Part shown: piece by piece, positions 7,166 through 14,931 of the stretch
Position numbering within the stretch: the stretch's first letter is position 1
Layout of the letters: each line of letters begins with the position of its first letter
Origin: a virus
Reading direction: 5' to 3' (one strand)
Length of the DNA: 64,000 nt
Virus record (IMG/VR): IMGVR_UViG_3300042197_003184
Location: 1-64,000 of that record
Notes under the pieces: generated by a model
Told to the model about the DNA's origin: nothing
The model's input: only the letters and a program-made list of their open reading frames with translations
Databases searched by the model: none
Program-made: the position numbers and the translations under genes

Positions 7166-7243
7166 TAAGTCGTTATATATCAAGTACTTACGTCAAATTC
7201 GCGGGCGCGATTTTTTTCTAACTCCTTATGCCACAAGGATTTA
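7166..7243. repeat. Bipartite dyad element R8
   Basis: dyads at 7166-7190 and 7219-7243; TATCAAGTACTTA (7178-7190) is an exact IHF consensus match. Confidence 0.95.
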
Positions 7244-7316
7244 CGTATAGTAGTAGTTTAGGGGGGTGCGTCTAACCCCCCGGTTTAGGTGGTACACCCC
7301 CACTCTAGGTAGTGTA

Positions 7317-7517
7317 CTAGCGTACCCTGTGCATGTATACCCTACTGATACCGCACGATGACACCCCCCAACCGGGGCAGTTCCAAATCCAATCCGGCAA
7401 CCCCTTGGATTGGGGGTGGAAGTATCCGTCAACGTGTAACGTATCGGGATGATTCGGAACCTTTTGAACGTTTAGATTGTATTTTTCCAACGCTACGATC
7501 ATTTGAGATACGCTCAT
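7317..7517 (-). CDS. hypothetical early protein
   Basis: AAGGA SD. Confidence 0.7.
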   Translation of the reverse strand: MSVSQMIVALEKYNLNVQKVPNHPDTLHVDGYFHPQSKGLPDWIWNCPGWGVSSCGISRVYMHRVR

Positions 7518-7574
7518 GATTTTCCTTTTTTTGATGAAAAACTTTTTTACCCTTGAATCGGCCGGTCTATCCCC

Positions 7575-7781
7575 TTACCGGGGGGTAGCCCCGTTTGCTT
7601 TTGCATACCGATACATGGCACGTTCATCTACCATAAACCTTCGAACACCGTTCAAATCCTTGAAATTCCAATGGTAGGTTAGAACGTCTGACTTGACCAT
7701 CCATCGGGCTTCAACGTCCGAAGTCTTTTTCAGCGTATAACCCATTTTATTCAACTCTTTTGCAATCGTTTGGCTGTTCAT
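7575..7781 (-). CDS. hypothetical early protein
   Basis: start MNSQTIAKE downstream of promoter 7807-7834. Confidence 0.7.
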   Translation of the reverse strand: MNSQTIAKELNKMGYTLKKTSDVEARWMVKSDVLTYHWNFKDLNGVRRFMVDERAMYRYAKANGATPR

Positions 7782-7806
7782 TTCTTTTCTCTCTTTCTTT
7801 TCACTC

Positions 7807-7846
7807 ATTCTACATACTATATCGTCAACGTCAAGAAAAAAAATTA
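7807..7846 (-). promoter_or_regulatory. composite sigma70/sigma28-like promoter
   Basis: TTGACG-16-TAGAAT; TAAT-N16-GACGATAT. Confidence 0.75.
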
Positions 7847-7866
7847 GGAAAAATCTTTTTCTTTTT

Positions 7867-7882
7867 TGGCATGGGTTTTGCT
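7867..7882 (+). promoter_or_regulatory. sigma54 (-24/-12) box
   Basis: TGGCATGGGTTTTGCT. Confidence 0.75.
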
Positions 7883-7917
7883 GCCCGAGGGGATTAGGTG
7901 AGACTTTCCTATTTTGC

Positions 7918-8121
7918 CTAAATCCTCCATTCGAGAAATTCGAGAGTAAACACCATTCCGGGATACTTATTTCCGATATACTTTTCCGCAGTAGACTTAC
8001 GATTATCGGTAGCCGAAACACACTGGACTACCTTACCATCGGAAATCACTTTCCAAATTCGACGACGACGAATCCGAGGAAGGCTACCGATGAAACTGTT
8101 TACGCTGATTGAAGGTTGCAT
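7918..8121 (-). CDS. basic hypothetical early protein
   Basis: Arg-rich 67-aa ORF after a promoter. Confidence 0.7.
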   Translation of the reverse strand: MQPSISVNSFIGSLPRIRRRRIWKVISDGKVVQCVSATDNRKSTAEKYIGNKYPGMVFTLEFLEWRI

Positions 8122-8152
8122 TTTCTTTTTCTCTCTTTCTTTCTTACTCTTT

Positions 8153-8188
8153 ATATCGACATTCTACATTCAAAACTTTACTTGTCAA
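8153..8188 (-). promoter_or_regulatory. composite sigma70/sigma28-like promoter
   Basis: TTGACA-16-TAGAAT; TAAAGTTT-N12-GTCGATAT. Confidence 0.8.
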
Positions 8189-8204
8189 GAAAAGAAAATC
8201 AGAA

Positions 8205-8414
8205 TCATGAAACCCCCATCCAATCGGCATTTTCGATACAATAATCGTAAAACATATCGTTCAACACTTCAACATAGTTGGAATCCGTCAACCGACGACG
8301 CTGCATGGTGGATTCACACTCTGCAAAAAACTTTCCGTTTTCTTCCACAATCTTGCAATTGTGCCATTCGTCGCCGAAAATTTCCACCATCGTCAAATGA
8401 TACGGGCTAACCAT
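8205..8414 (-). CDS. hypothetical early protein
   Basis: start MVSPYHLT downstream of promoter 8446-8473. Confidence 0.7.
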   Translation of the reverse strand: MVSPYHLTMVEIFGDEWHNCKIVEENGKFFAECESTMQRRRLTDSNYVEVLNDMFYDYCIENADWMGVS

Positions 8415-8445
8415 TTTTCTACTCTCTCTTTCTTTCTTTTCAATC

Positions 8446-8473
8446 ATTCTACATATAGTATCGTCGGTTGCAA
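8446..8473 (-). promoter_or_regulatory. composite sigma70/sigma28-like promoter
   Basis: TTGCAA-16-TAGAAT with GACGATAC in spacer. Confidence 0.7.
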
Positions 8474-8505
8474 GAAAAAAAATCAGAAAAAAAGAAAAAA
8501 TTTTT

Positions 8506-8521
8506 TGGCACAGGATTTGCT
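8506..8521 (+). promoter_or_regulatory. sigma54 (-24/-12) box
   Basis: TGGCACAGGATTTGCT, near-perfect RpoN consensus. Confidence 0.8.
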
Positions 8522-8527
8522 CAGGCT

Positions 8528-8552
8528 TTCCCCACCATAGGGGGGTTTTTTT
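8528..8552 (+). terminator. possible intrinsic terminator (plus strand)
   Basis: TTCCCC-ACCATA-GGGGGG followed by T7. Confidence 0.45.
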
Positions 8553-8656
8553 GTTTCTGAAATATCGTCCGAAAAAATGCCAGAAAGCCCGCGGTGGTGC
8601 ATACGCAATAGGCGCCCTCAGAAAATAATTGGCCAGTTTATTAGCCATTATCTTTA

Positions 8657-9079
8657 TTATGATTCCAGAACCATGCCGCTGCTGTCTGTTTTAAATCCAA
8701 AAGACTCATAGAATCCCACCAAATTCTTATTGCAATTCAACTTGATTTTGTAACAGTTGTTGCTCTTGGCCACATCGACACAATAATTTACTATTATTTT
8801 TCCATAGCCTTTACCTCTGCTGTTCTTACTAACCGCCACATCTTCTATATGACAGCATAATCTTTGGTATCTTAGTTTCTTTTCCATGATTATTGTTGCT
8901 GTTGATACTATCTTATTATTGTCTATACCCACAAACGTCAAAACATTGGACGGCCGAATACCCAGAGCCTCACTTATCTGCTCAACAGAACAAATATTAG
9001 ACCTTCCACTATTGAGTTCTGACACAACATCTAAATATTCTTCCAGATTATCGGAACATTCTAATAACTTAATAAACAT
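8657..9079 (-). CDS. GNAT acetyltransferase, glucosamine-6-phosphate N-acetyltransferase (GNA1)-like
   Basis: HIEDVAV..RGKGYGK acetyl-CoA motif; CYKIKLNC; FYESFGF. Confidence 0.8.
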   Translation of the reverse strand: MFIKLLECSDNLEEYLDVVSELNSGRSNICSVEQISEALGIRPSNVLTFVGIDNNKIVSTATIIMEKKLRYQRLCCHIEDVAVSKNSRGKGYGKIIVNYCVDVAKSNNCYKIKLNCNKNLVGFYESFGFKTDSSGMVLES

Positions 9080-9080
9080 T

Positions 9081-10688
9081 TTATCTCCTTACTATTCCAT
9101 TCCATCCTACGCTAGTTTGTCCAGAGATAGGATCGAATACTACTATTTGTATATTATTATTTCCTCTCTTAAGCCAATTACGATTCAAAGATATATTGAA
9201 TCCATGATACCCTGAACCAACTACAGGAACCAGGTTCTGTTTGTATTTATTAGCTAACTGCCCAGTTACCACCCTTCCGTTTATAACTACCCTCACTACC
9301 ACAGGCGAAGATCCCGATCTTTCGCTAAAGGCCCATCCGGACACCCTGTTTTTACTTAAAAACCCAACTCTTACCACAGGGGGTGCGATTTTGATAGTCG
9401 TAGTTCCTATGGTGTTCCACAACCCGCTCTGAAGGTCTCTGGCCTTAATTTCTATAATATGGTCGCCAATAACCAAACCTCCTAAATTAAACCTCCAAAC
9501 TCCGCCGACCCCAGTAACAAGATCCCCCTTTTCTGAGCCATTTATAATTAATTTTACGCTTATTGGACTATTACTAAAATCAGGATCATTAGCCCACCCA
9601 CCAACGGTTTTGAGATCTTGAAAAGTTATAGCTCCTATCGGAACGTGATTACTATCATAAGGTATATTCAAAACATTACAAACCGCTGCTGCTATATTCA
9701 GTTTGCCACCAGAAGCTACCTTACCAAATAATTCTGGTATTCTATCGACCGAAGAAAAAATAGCTTCTTTCACTTCTGATATAGATAGGCTCGGTTTAAT
9801 AGCTTTTAATAAAGCAACCGCCCCAGCAACCTGAGGCGCTGCCATACTAGTTCCGCTCATATATCCATAGTTGTTGTATGGGATCGTAGAGTATATTATG
9901 GATCCTGGAGCAGCTAAATCTACAGTAGTAGCCCCATAGTTAGAAAAACCCACCAAGCCATTAGAGTAACTACTCAAAGCTCCCACACTAATAATATTAG
10001 GACTATCATAACAGCTAGGATATCTTAAAGTAATATCATTATCGCTTCCATTATTACCCGCAGCTACGGTTAATATCACGCCATCATTATTTAATTGATT
10101 GATCGCTCCATACAACATATTACTAAAACCAGTCCCCCCACCCCAACTAGCATTTGCGACAACGACATTAACCCCATAAGTGTTTTTCATCATACTTATG
10201 TAACTCATAGCATTAGCAGCCGCCCCAGTATATCCCATCCCCTGTTCGTCTGTAAATTTTAATGTCATCAAACTAACATTCCAATTAATTCCCGCAACCC
10301 CCCAAGCATTGTTCCCTTCTGCTCCAATTACGCCAGCAATATGAGTGCCGTGTCCATATCTATCTTGAATATCATTATTGTTAGAATAAAAATTCCATCC
10401 ATGAATATCGTCTATATATCCATTGCCTTCATTGTCTATACCATCTCCGGCTATTTCTCCACTATTTGTCCATAGGTTACCTATCAGGTCCTGATGATTC
10501 AAATCTATCCCACTATCTATAATAGCGACAACAACATCTCTTGATCCCCTAGAATAATCCCAAGCCCCAAAAGCGCTCATATTACGAAGAGCCCATTGAT
10601 TATTAATTAGCGGATCATTAGGAGCTGTTGATAATAGTTTTTTATTTTCTAAATGTTCTATGCCTAACGAGAAAACTTTTTTGTTCAT
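9081..10688 (-). CDS. S8 subtilisin-family serine protease with planctomycete-type N-terminal signal
   Basis: IIDSG, HGTHIAG, AAGN, GTSMAAP; N-terminal LGIEHLENKKLLS. Confidence 0.93.
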   Translation of the reverse strand: MNKKVFSLGIEHLENKKLLSTAPNDPLINNQWALRNMSAFGAWDYSRGSRDVVVAIIDSGIDLNHQDLIGNLWTNSGEIAGDGIDNEGNGYIDDIHGWNFYSNNNDIQDRYGHGTHIAGVIGAEGNNAWGVAGINWNVSLMTLKFTDEQGMGYTGAAANAMSYISMMKNTYGVNVVVANASWGGGTGFSNMLYGAINQLNNDGVILTVAAGNNGSDNDITLRYPSCYDSPNIISVGALSSYSNGLVGFSNYGATTVDLAAPGSIIYSTIPYNNYGYMSGTSMAAPQVAGAVALLKAIKPSLSISEVKEAIFSSVDRIPELFGKVASGGKLNIAAAVCNVLNIPYDSNHVPIGAITFQDLKTVGGWANDPDFSNSPISVKLIINGSEKGDLVTGVGGVWRFNLGGLVIGDHIIEIKARDLQSGLWNTIGTTTIKIAPPVVRVGFLSKNRVSGWAFSERSGSSPVVVRVVINGRVVTGQLANKYKQNLVPVVGSGYHGFNISLNRNWLKRGNNNIQIVVFDPISGQTSVGWNGIVRR

Positions 10689-10773
10689 ATCAGCTTCCTT
10701 GCTTTGATTTTATGACAGAATTTCAGACAACACCCTGAAACTATCAGAAAAATCTTAGAAGTCAAGAAACATC

Positions 10774-12585
10774 TTATTCGACTGTTACGCTTTTAGCTAA
10801 ATTTCTAGGCTTATCAACATTCTTATTTCTTAATATTGCAGAATAATACGAGAATAGCTGCAAAGGAACCACAGAAACCAAAGGACTCAAAGCATCGCAT
10901 ACACTAGGTACTCTTATTTTATAATCGCCCAGATCTCCATAATTGGAATATATTCCAATAACTTTGCCATCTCTGGCTTGAATCTCTTTTATATTATTGA
11001 TTATTTTATTATGATTCTCATAGTTATTAGCAACCACAACAACAGGCATGTTTCTATCTATCAAAGCAATAGGACCATGTTTCATTTCAGCAGCAGGATA
11101 TCCTTCAGCATGAACATAGCTAATTTCTTTTAGTTTAAGAGCCCCCTCTAAAGCCACAGGAAAATTATATCCACGCCCCAAGAACAAACAATTCGTCATA
11201 GAAACAAACTCTTCAGCCACAAACTCCACAACATCACAACATCCCAGAGTGTCTTGTAAAATATTTGGCAAATCACGCAAATCGTCCATAATAGCTTTTC
11301 TATAATCGACAGATATAACCCCATCTATCTGCTCAATCCACAAAGCCAACAACAACAGACAAATCACCTGATTAGTAAAAGTCTTGGTACTAGCCACACC
11401 AACCTCCACCCCGCTTCTTAAATGAATTCCACAGTTGGTTAGCTTGCTCATACTAGAACTCACAACATTACATATACCAACAGTAATTGCTCCATAAATC
11501 TTAGCAATCTCCAAAGCCCCCAGAGTATCAGCAGTTTCCCCACTCTGACTAACCCCTATGACAATATCCCCCTCGTTGATCACAGGCTTTCGATATCTAA
11601 ACTCACTAGCATACTCCACACTCACTTTTATCTTACAAAGCTCTTCAATATAATACTTAGCCAGTAAAGAAGCGTGCCAAGAAGACCCACAACTTACTAT
11701 AGTAATATGATTCGCTTTTTTAAATATATTCTCATATCCTATCAGTCCCCCTAATTTAACCCTGTACCCATCTAGTCGTCCACTCAAACAATCATGTACC
11801 GTTTTGGGTTGTTCGTATATCTCCTTTAGCATATAACTATCAAAATCACCCTTATTGATCTTTAATACTTTACTATAGACCTTTTCAATTTCATAGTCTA
11901 TTTCTATTCCTTTGCTCATATCAAACACTTCCAGTCTGTCTTTCACCTCAACAACAACATTATCTTCCAGATAAACCACACCCACACTAGCTCTATCACC
12001 AAAAGCCCCCACATCACTAGCTACCATAGTCTCATTCACCCCAAACCCAACAACCAAAGGACTTCCTTTTCTAGCAGCTATCATTTGGCCAGTTTCCCCA
12101 TCTAATATTACTATAGCATAGGCCCCTATTACTTTTTCTAAAGACGATTTGATACCATCAATTAATGACCCTTTAATTTTGGTTTGATGATATATTAGGT
12201 ACAACAATACTTCAGAATCAGTATCACTAACAAAACTATATTCGGATAGCTCTTTCTTTAGATCTTCGTAATTTTCGATAATACCATTATGTGCTATTGC
12301 TAGTTTATTATCGTTCGTAACATGAGGATGAGAATTTCTTTTACAAGGCTTACCATGAGTGGCCCATCTGGTGTGTCCAATAGCGCTATAGGTTTCTATA
12401 TCAGGATTTTTGATTTTTTGCCTTAGATCTTCAATACTACCGGTTTGTTTGGTAGTAATCATATTATTCCCAACTATATAGCTAATTCCGGCACTATCAT
12501 AGCCCCTATACTCTAAACTTTGCAAACCATCTAAAATAAAAGACAAGCATTTGCTTTGTCCCTTATAGGCCACTATCCCACACAT
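10774..12585 (-). CDS. glmS: glutamine--fructose-6-phosphate aminotransferase
   Basis: MCGIV, LEYRGYDSAG, GHTRWATHG, SQSGETAD, PRNLAKSVTVE. Confidence 0.98.
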   Translation of the reverse strand: MCGIVAYKGQSKCLSFILDGLQSLEYRGYDSAGISYIVGNNMITTKQTGSIEDLRQKIKNPDIETYSAIGHTRWATHGKPCKRNSHPHVTNDNKLAIAHNGIIENYEDLKKELSEYSFVSDTDSEVLLYLIYHQTKIKGSLIDGIKSSLEKVIGAYAIVILDGETGQMIAARKGSPLVVGFGVNETMVASDVGAFGDRASVGVVYLEDNVVVEVKDRLEVFDMSKGIEIDYEIEKVYSKVLKINKGDFDSYMLKEIYEQPKTVHDCLSGRLDGYRVKLGGLIGYENIFKKANHITIVSCGSSWHASLLAKYYIEELCKIKVSVEYASEFRYRKPVINEGDIVIGVSQSGETADTLGALEIAKIYGAITVGICNVVSSSMSKLTNCGIHLRSGVEVGVASTKTFTNQVICLLLLALWIEQIDGVISVDYRKAIMDDLRDLPNILQDTLGCCDVVEFVAEEFVSMTNCLFLGRGYNFPVALEGALKLKEISYVHAEGYPAAEMKHGPIALIDRNMPVVVVANNYENHNKIINNIKEIQARDGKVIGIYSNYGDLGDYKIRVPSVCDALSPLVSVVPLQLFSYYSAILRNKNVDKPRNLAKSVTVE

Positions 12586-12621
12586 TATGCATTCCTATTT
12601 AATAAGAGTATTTTTATAAAA

Positions 12622-12655
12622 CAAAAATAAAGGGCAAACATTTCTGCTTGCCCCT
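12622..12655 (-). terminator. intrinsic terminator
   Basis: GGGGCAAGCA-GAAA-TGTTTGCCCT followed by T-rich run. Confidence 0.7.
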
Positions 12656-12661
12656 TAAATA

Positions 12662-12970
12662 TCAGTACCTATATACTGAAGCATATACTAGTGGACCAGT
12701 AGGAGGACCCACAGGAGCACTATTAATTATATATGATGGCCTATTACAAAATCCAAACCATGGTCTATACTGATAAACCACAGGATGATTAACAACACTA
12801 TAATGATGATAAATAACCACAGGATAGTGAGTTACCACAGGAACATAATGGGTAGTTGGCACATATACAACTTCTTGTTTAACAACAGGTACCCACACAC
12901 TATTATCTGCATAACTATAATTTGGCCATAAACATAATAACAGGCCAAAAATTACCGAAAAAGCTTTCAT
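12662..12970 (-). CDS. secreted Tyr/Val/Pro-rich protein
   Basis: signal peptide MKAFSVIFGLLLCLWPNYSYA; AAGGA SD. Confidence 0.7.
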   Translation of the reverse strand: MKAFSVIFGLLLCLWPNYSYADNSVWVPVVKQEVVYVPTTHYVPVVTHYPVVIYHHYSVVNHPVVYQYRPWFGFCNRPSYIINSAPVGPPTGPLVYASVYRY

Positions 12971-12983
12971 AAATAGTCCTTTA

Positions 12984-13220
12984 TTATTGTTGATTACTTT
13001 CCACACTAGATTCTGGATGACTAACAACTCTATTCTTAGGTCTTCGTCCTTTTGGCTTTCTAATTCCTAGTTTGCGTCTTTGACGTCTGATCATTGCTGT
13101 ACTAATAGTTTGGCCAGTCATTTGGCTTAATTTGGCACTTAGTTCCTCATCACTCAAAAGAACTTGATTATCCTCAATAAACTTTAATTCAGCATCAGTC
13201 CACTTTTTGTAATTAGCCAT
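12984..13220 (-). CDS. small HTH DNA-binding protein
   Basis: KWTDAE...SDEELSAKL...AMIRRQRRKLGI. Confidence 0.7.
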   Translation of the reverse strand: MANYKKWTDAELKFIEDNQVLLSDEELSAKLSQMTGQTISTAMIRRQRRKLGIRKPKGRRPKNRVVSHPESSVESNQQ

Positions 13221-13311
13221 AAATTTTGTCCTTTGGTGTAAATATTGACTAGTCTAAGAAACTCTTTACTATAATACAGTTTGACAAGTTTGATGCAAGG
13301 AGACATATCCG

Positions 13312-13503
13312 ATGAATCAAAATTTTAATATTGTAGATTCTATTTTGGAAGTTAAGGCTTGTGGATCAATTGCTGATATTTCGGCCGATTTATCCTTACA
13401 GTCCACCAAAACCATATCAGAGCTATTAGATGACCAAAAAGAACCAGAAACCAAAGAAGAAAATAGTCAAGAAGAAAACCAGGAAAACCTTAGATCAGAG
13501 TAA
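13312..13503 (+). CDS. hypothetical protein
   Basis: AAGGAG SD; overlaps the next gene. Confidence 0.55.
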   Translation: MNQNFNIVDSILEVKACGSIADISADLSLQSTKTISELLDDQKEPETKEENSQEENQENLRSE

Positions 13504-14140
13504 TTTATACGGTGTATCAGAACAGGAATTTTTAAATGTTTTGGATAATATTAGCAAAAGATTAGCTAATCGTTTTAAATTTGGATACCACGATTTTGAT
13601 GATATGAAACAACAGGCCGCTATTTTTGCTCTGGAAGGACTAGAAAAATACGATCACAAAAGACCATTAGAAAATTTCTTATGGACCCACGTTCGTAATC
13701 GACTATTTAATTACAAAAGAAACAATTATCAAAGACCAGACAAGCCTTGTTTAACTTGTCCGTTTTTTGACAAAGGATATCGCTGTTCCAACAATCAGTG
13801 TTCCAAATTTACAGACAAACAACAGTGCGAACTATACGCATCGTGGGCTCAACGTAACGACTCTAAAAAGAATATCATGCAGCCTACTCATATAGGTGAT
13901 CAGGAGTATATTCATAATTCTTTGGTTAAAGACGGGTTTAGTAATGCTATACAAAACCAAGAGATTATTAATTTTTTAGACCAACACATTCAAGCAGAAT
14001 ACAGAGAAGCTTATCTCAAACTAAAACATGGCTCTAAAATACCCAAGCAGCAATTACAAAAATTACAAAATCATATTGCAGAATTATTAAGGAATAACGA
14101 ATGGGATCCGGAAAATTATCCAAAAAACGAGGACAATTAG
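13430..14140 (+). CDS. phage sigma70-family factor with Cys-rich insert
   Basis: region-2-like DDMKQQAAIFALEGLEKYD..LENFLWTHVRNRLFNYKR; CLTC..C..C..C insert. Confidence 0.7.
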   Translation: MTKKNQKPKKKIVKKKTRKTLDQSNLYGVSEQEFLNVLDNISKRLANRFKFGYHDFDDMKQQAAIFALEGLEKYDHKRPLENFLWTHVRNRLFNYKRNNYQRPDKPCLTCPFFDKGYRCSNNQCSKFTDKQQCELYASWAQRNDSKKNIMQPTHIGDQEYIHNSLVKDGFSNAIQNQEIINFLDQHIQAEYREAYLKLKHGSKIPKQQLQKLQNHIAELLRNNEWDPENYPKNEDN

Positions 14141-14931
14141 CTCTTGAAGAAGAACAGTTTATCAGAGATAATTTTGGTAAATTGTCTATTGAAGAGATTG
14201 CCGATAGTTTAAATAGGCATACTGCTCCTATTCAAAGATATATTGATGAAAATAAATTAGTAGTATCTGATGACGAGAAAAACGATCACGCCACACTAAA
14301 AAGAAAATTACACGCTAAAACTTTCTGGAACGAAATAGAAAGACAGTTTGATAAGGAAAGTGGTGAATTGGAATATTTTGAGGACACATGGATAAGTCTG
14401 GTTAAGCAATTTAGAGAAGACGTTTTACCAGCAGAAGAACTTCAAATAAAGCAATTTATTACTATTGATATTTTAATTAATCGCAGTATGAAAGAGCGTA
14501 AACGTCACATATCAGAAACCGAAAAATTGCAAAAGGCAGTAGATAAGGAATACGAAAAACCAGAAGACCAAAGAGATATCCCAAAATTAGCTAATATGGA
14601 GACTCAATTAAGCTTTGCTCGTAATAGTATTGCTAATTATACTAATGAGTATACTAAGCTTTTGAATGAGCAACAAAAGATTAGCAAAGACTTAAAAGCC
14701 ACACGAGAACAAAGAATCAAAAGAATAGAAGACGGTAAAAGCTCTTGGGTAGGATTAATAAGAATGCTTGAAGACGAAGACGTGAGAGAAAAAGAAGGAC
14801 GCGAAATGGAAATATTGAGTATGGCTACAGAAAAATATAAACAACAACTCGAAGAACTTCATTTATACGAAGATAAAGTTCTTGATAAGCCATTCCTAAC
14901 TCCGGAGAGCATAGAGGCATCTGATGACTAA
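14101..14931 (+). CDS. HTH plus coiled-coil protein, putative terminase small subunit
   Basis: N-terminal HTH, coiled coil, position upstream of terL. Confidence 0.45.
   Translation: MGSGKLSKKRGQLALEEEQFIRDNFGKLSIEEIADSLNRHTAPIQRYIDENKLVVSDDEKNDHATLKRKLHAKTFWNEIERQFDKESGELEYFEDTWISLVKQFREDVLPAEELQIKQFITIDILINRSMKERKRHISETEKLQKAVDKEYEKPEDQRDIPKLANMETQLSFARNSIANYTNEYTKLLNEQQKISKDLKATREQRIKRIEDGKSSWVGLIRMLEDEDVREKEGREMEILSMATEKYKQQLEELHLYEDKVLDKPFLTPESIEASDD

Noticed and set aside
11-7243. CRISPR array
   Set aside because: The repeats are degenerate 78-mers separated by 0.6-1.7 kb of coding DNA, and no cas genes are visible.
11-7243. Canonical integron attC cassettes
   Set aside because: There are no consistent RYYYAAC/GTTRRRY ends, the linker length is fixed, each unit has its own promoter, and no integrase is in the window. 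Kept only as an alternative model.
11-7243. Dyad elements as intrinsic terminators
   Set aside because: Stems are AT-rich and mismatched with no adjacent U-tract. Fixed helical spacing points to dsDNA recognition.
71-8410. Plus-strand ORFs in the early region
   Set aside because: They are antisense shadows of minus-strand genes that have SDs and promoters.
7575-8648. Long N-terminal extensions of ORFs 7575..8021 and 8205..8648
   Set aside because: The extensions run through promoter and A-tract DNA. Internal ATGs at 7781 and 8414 fit better.
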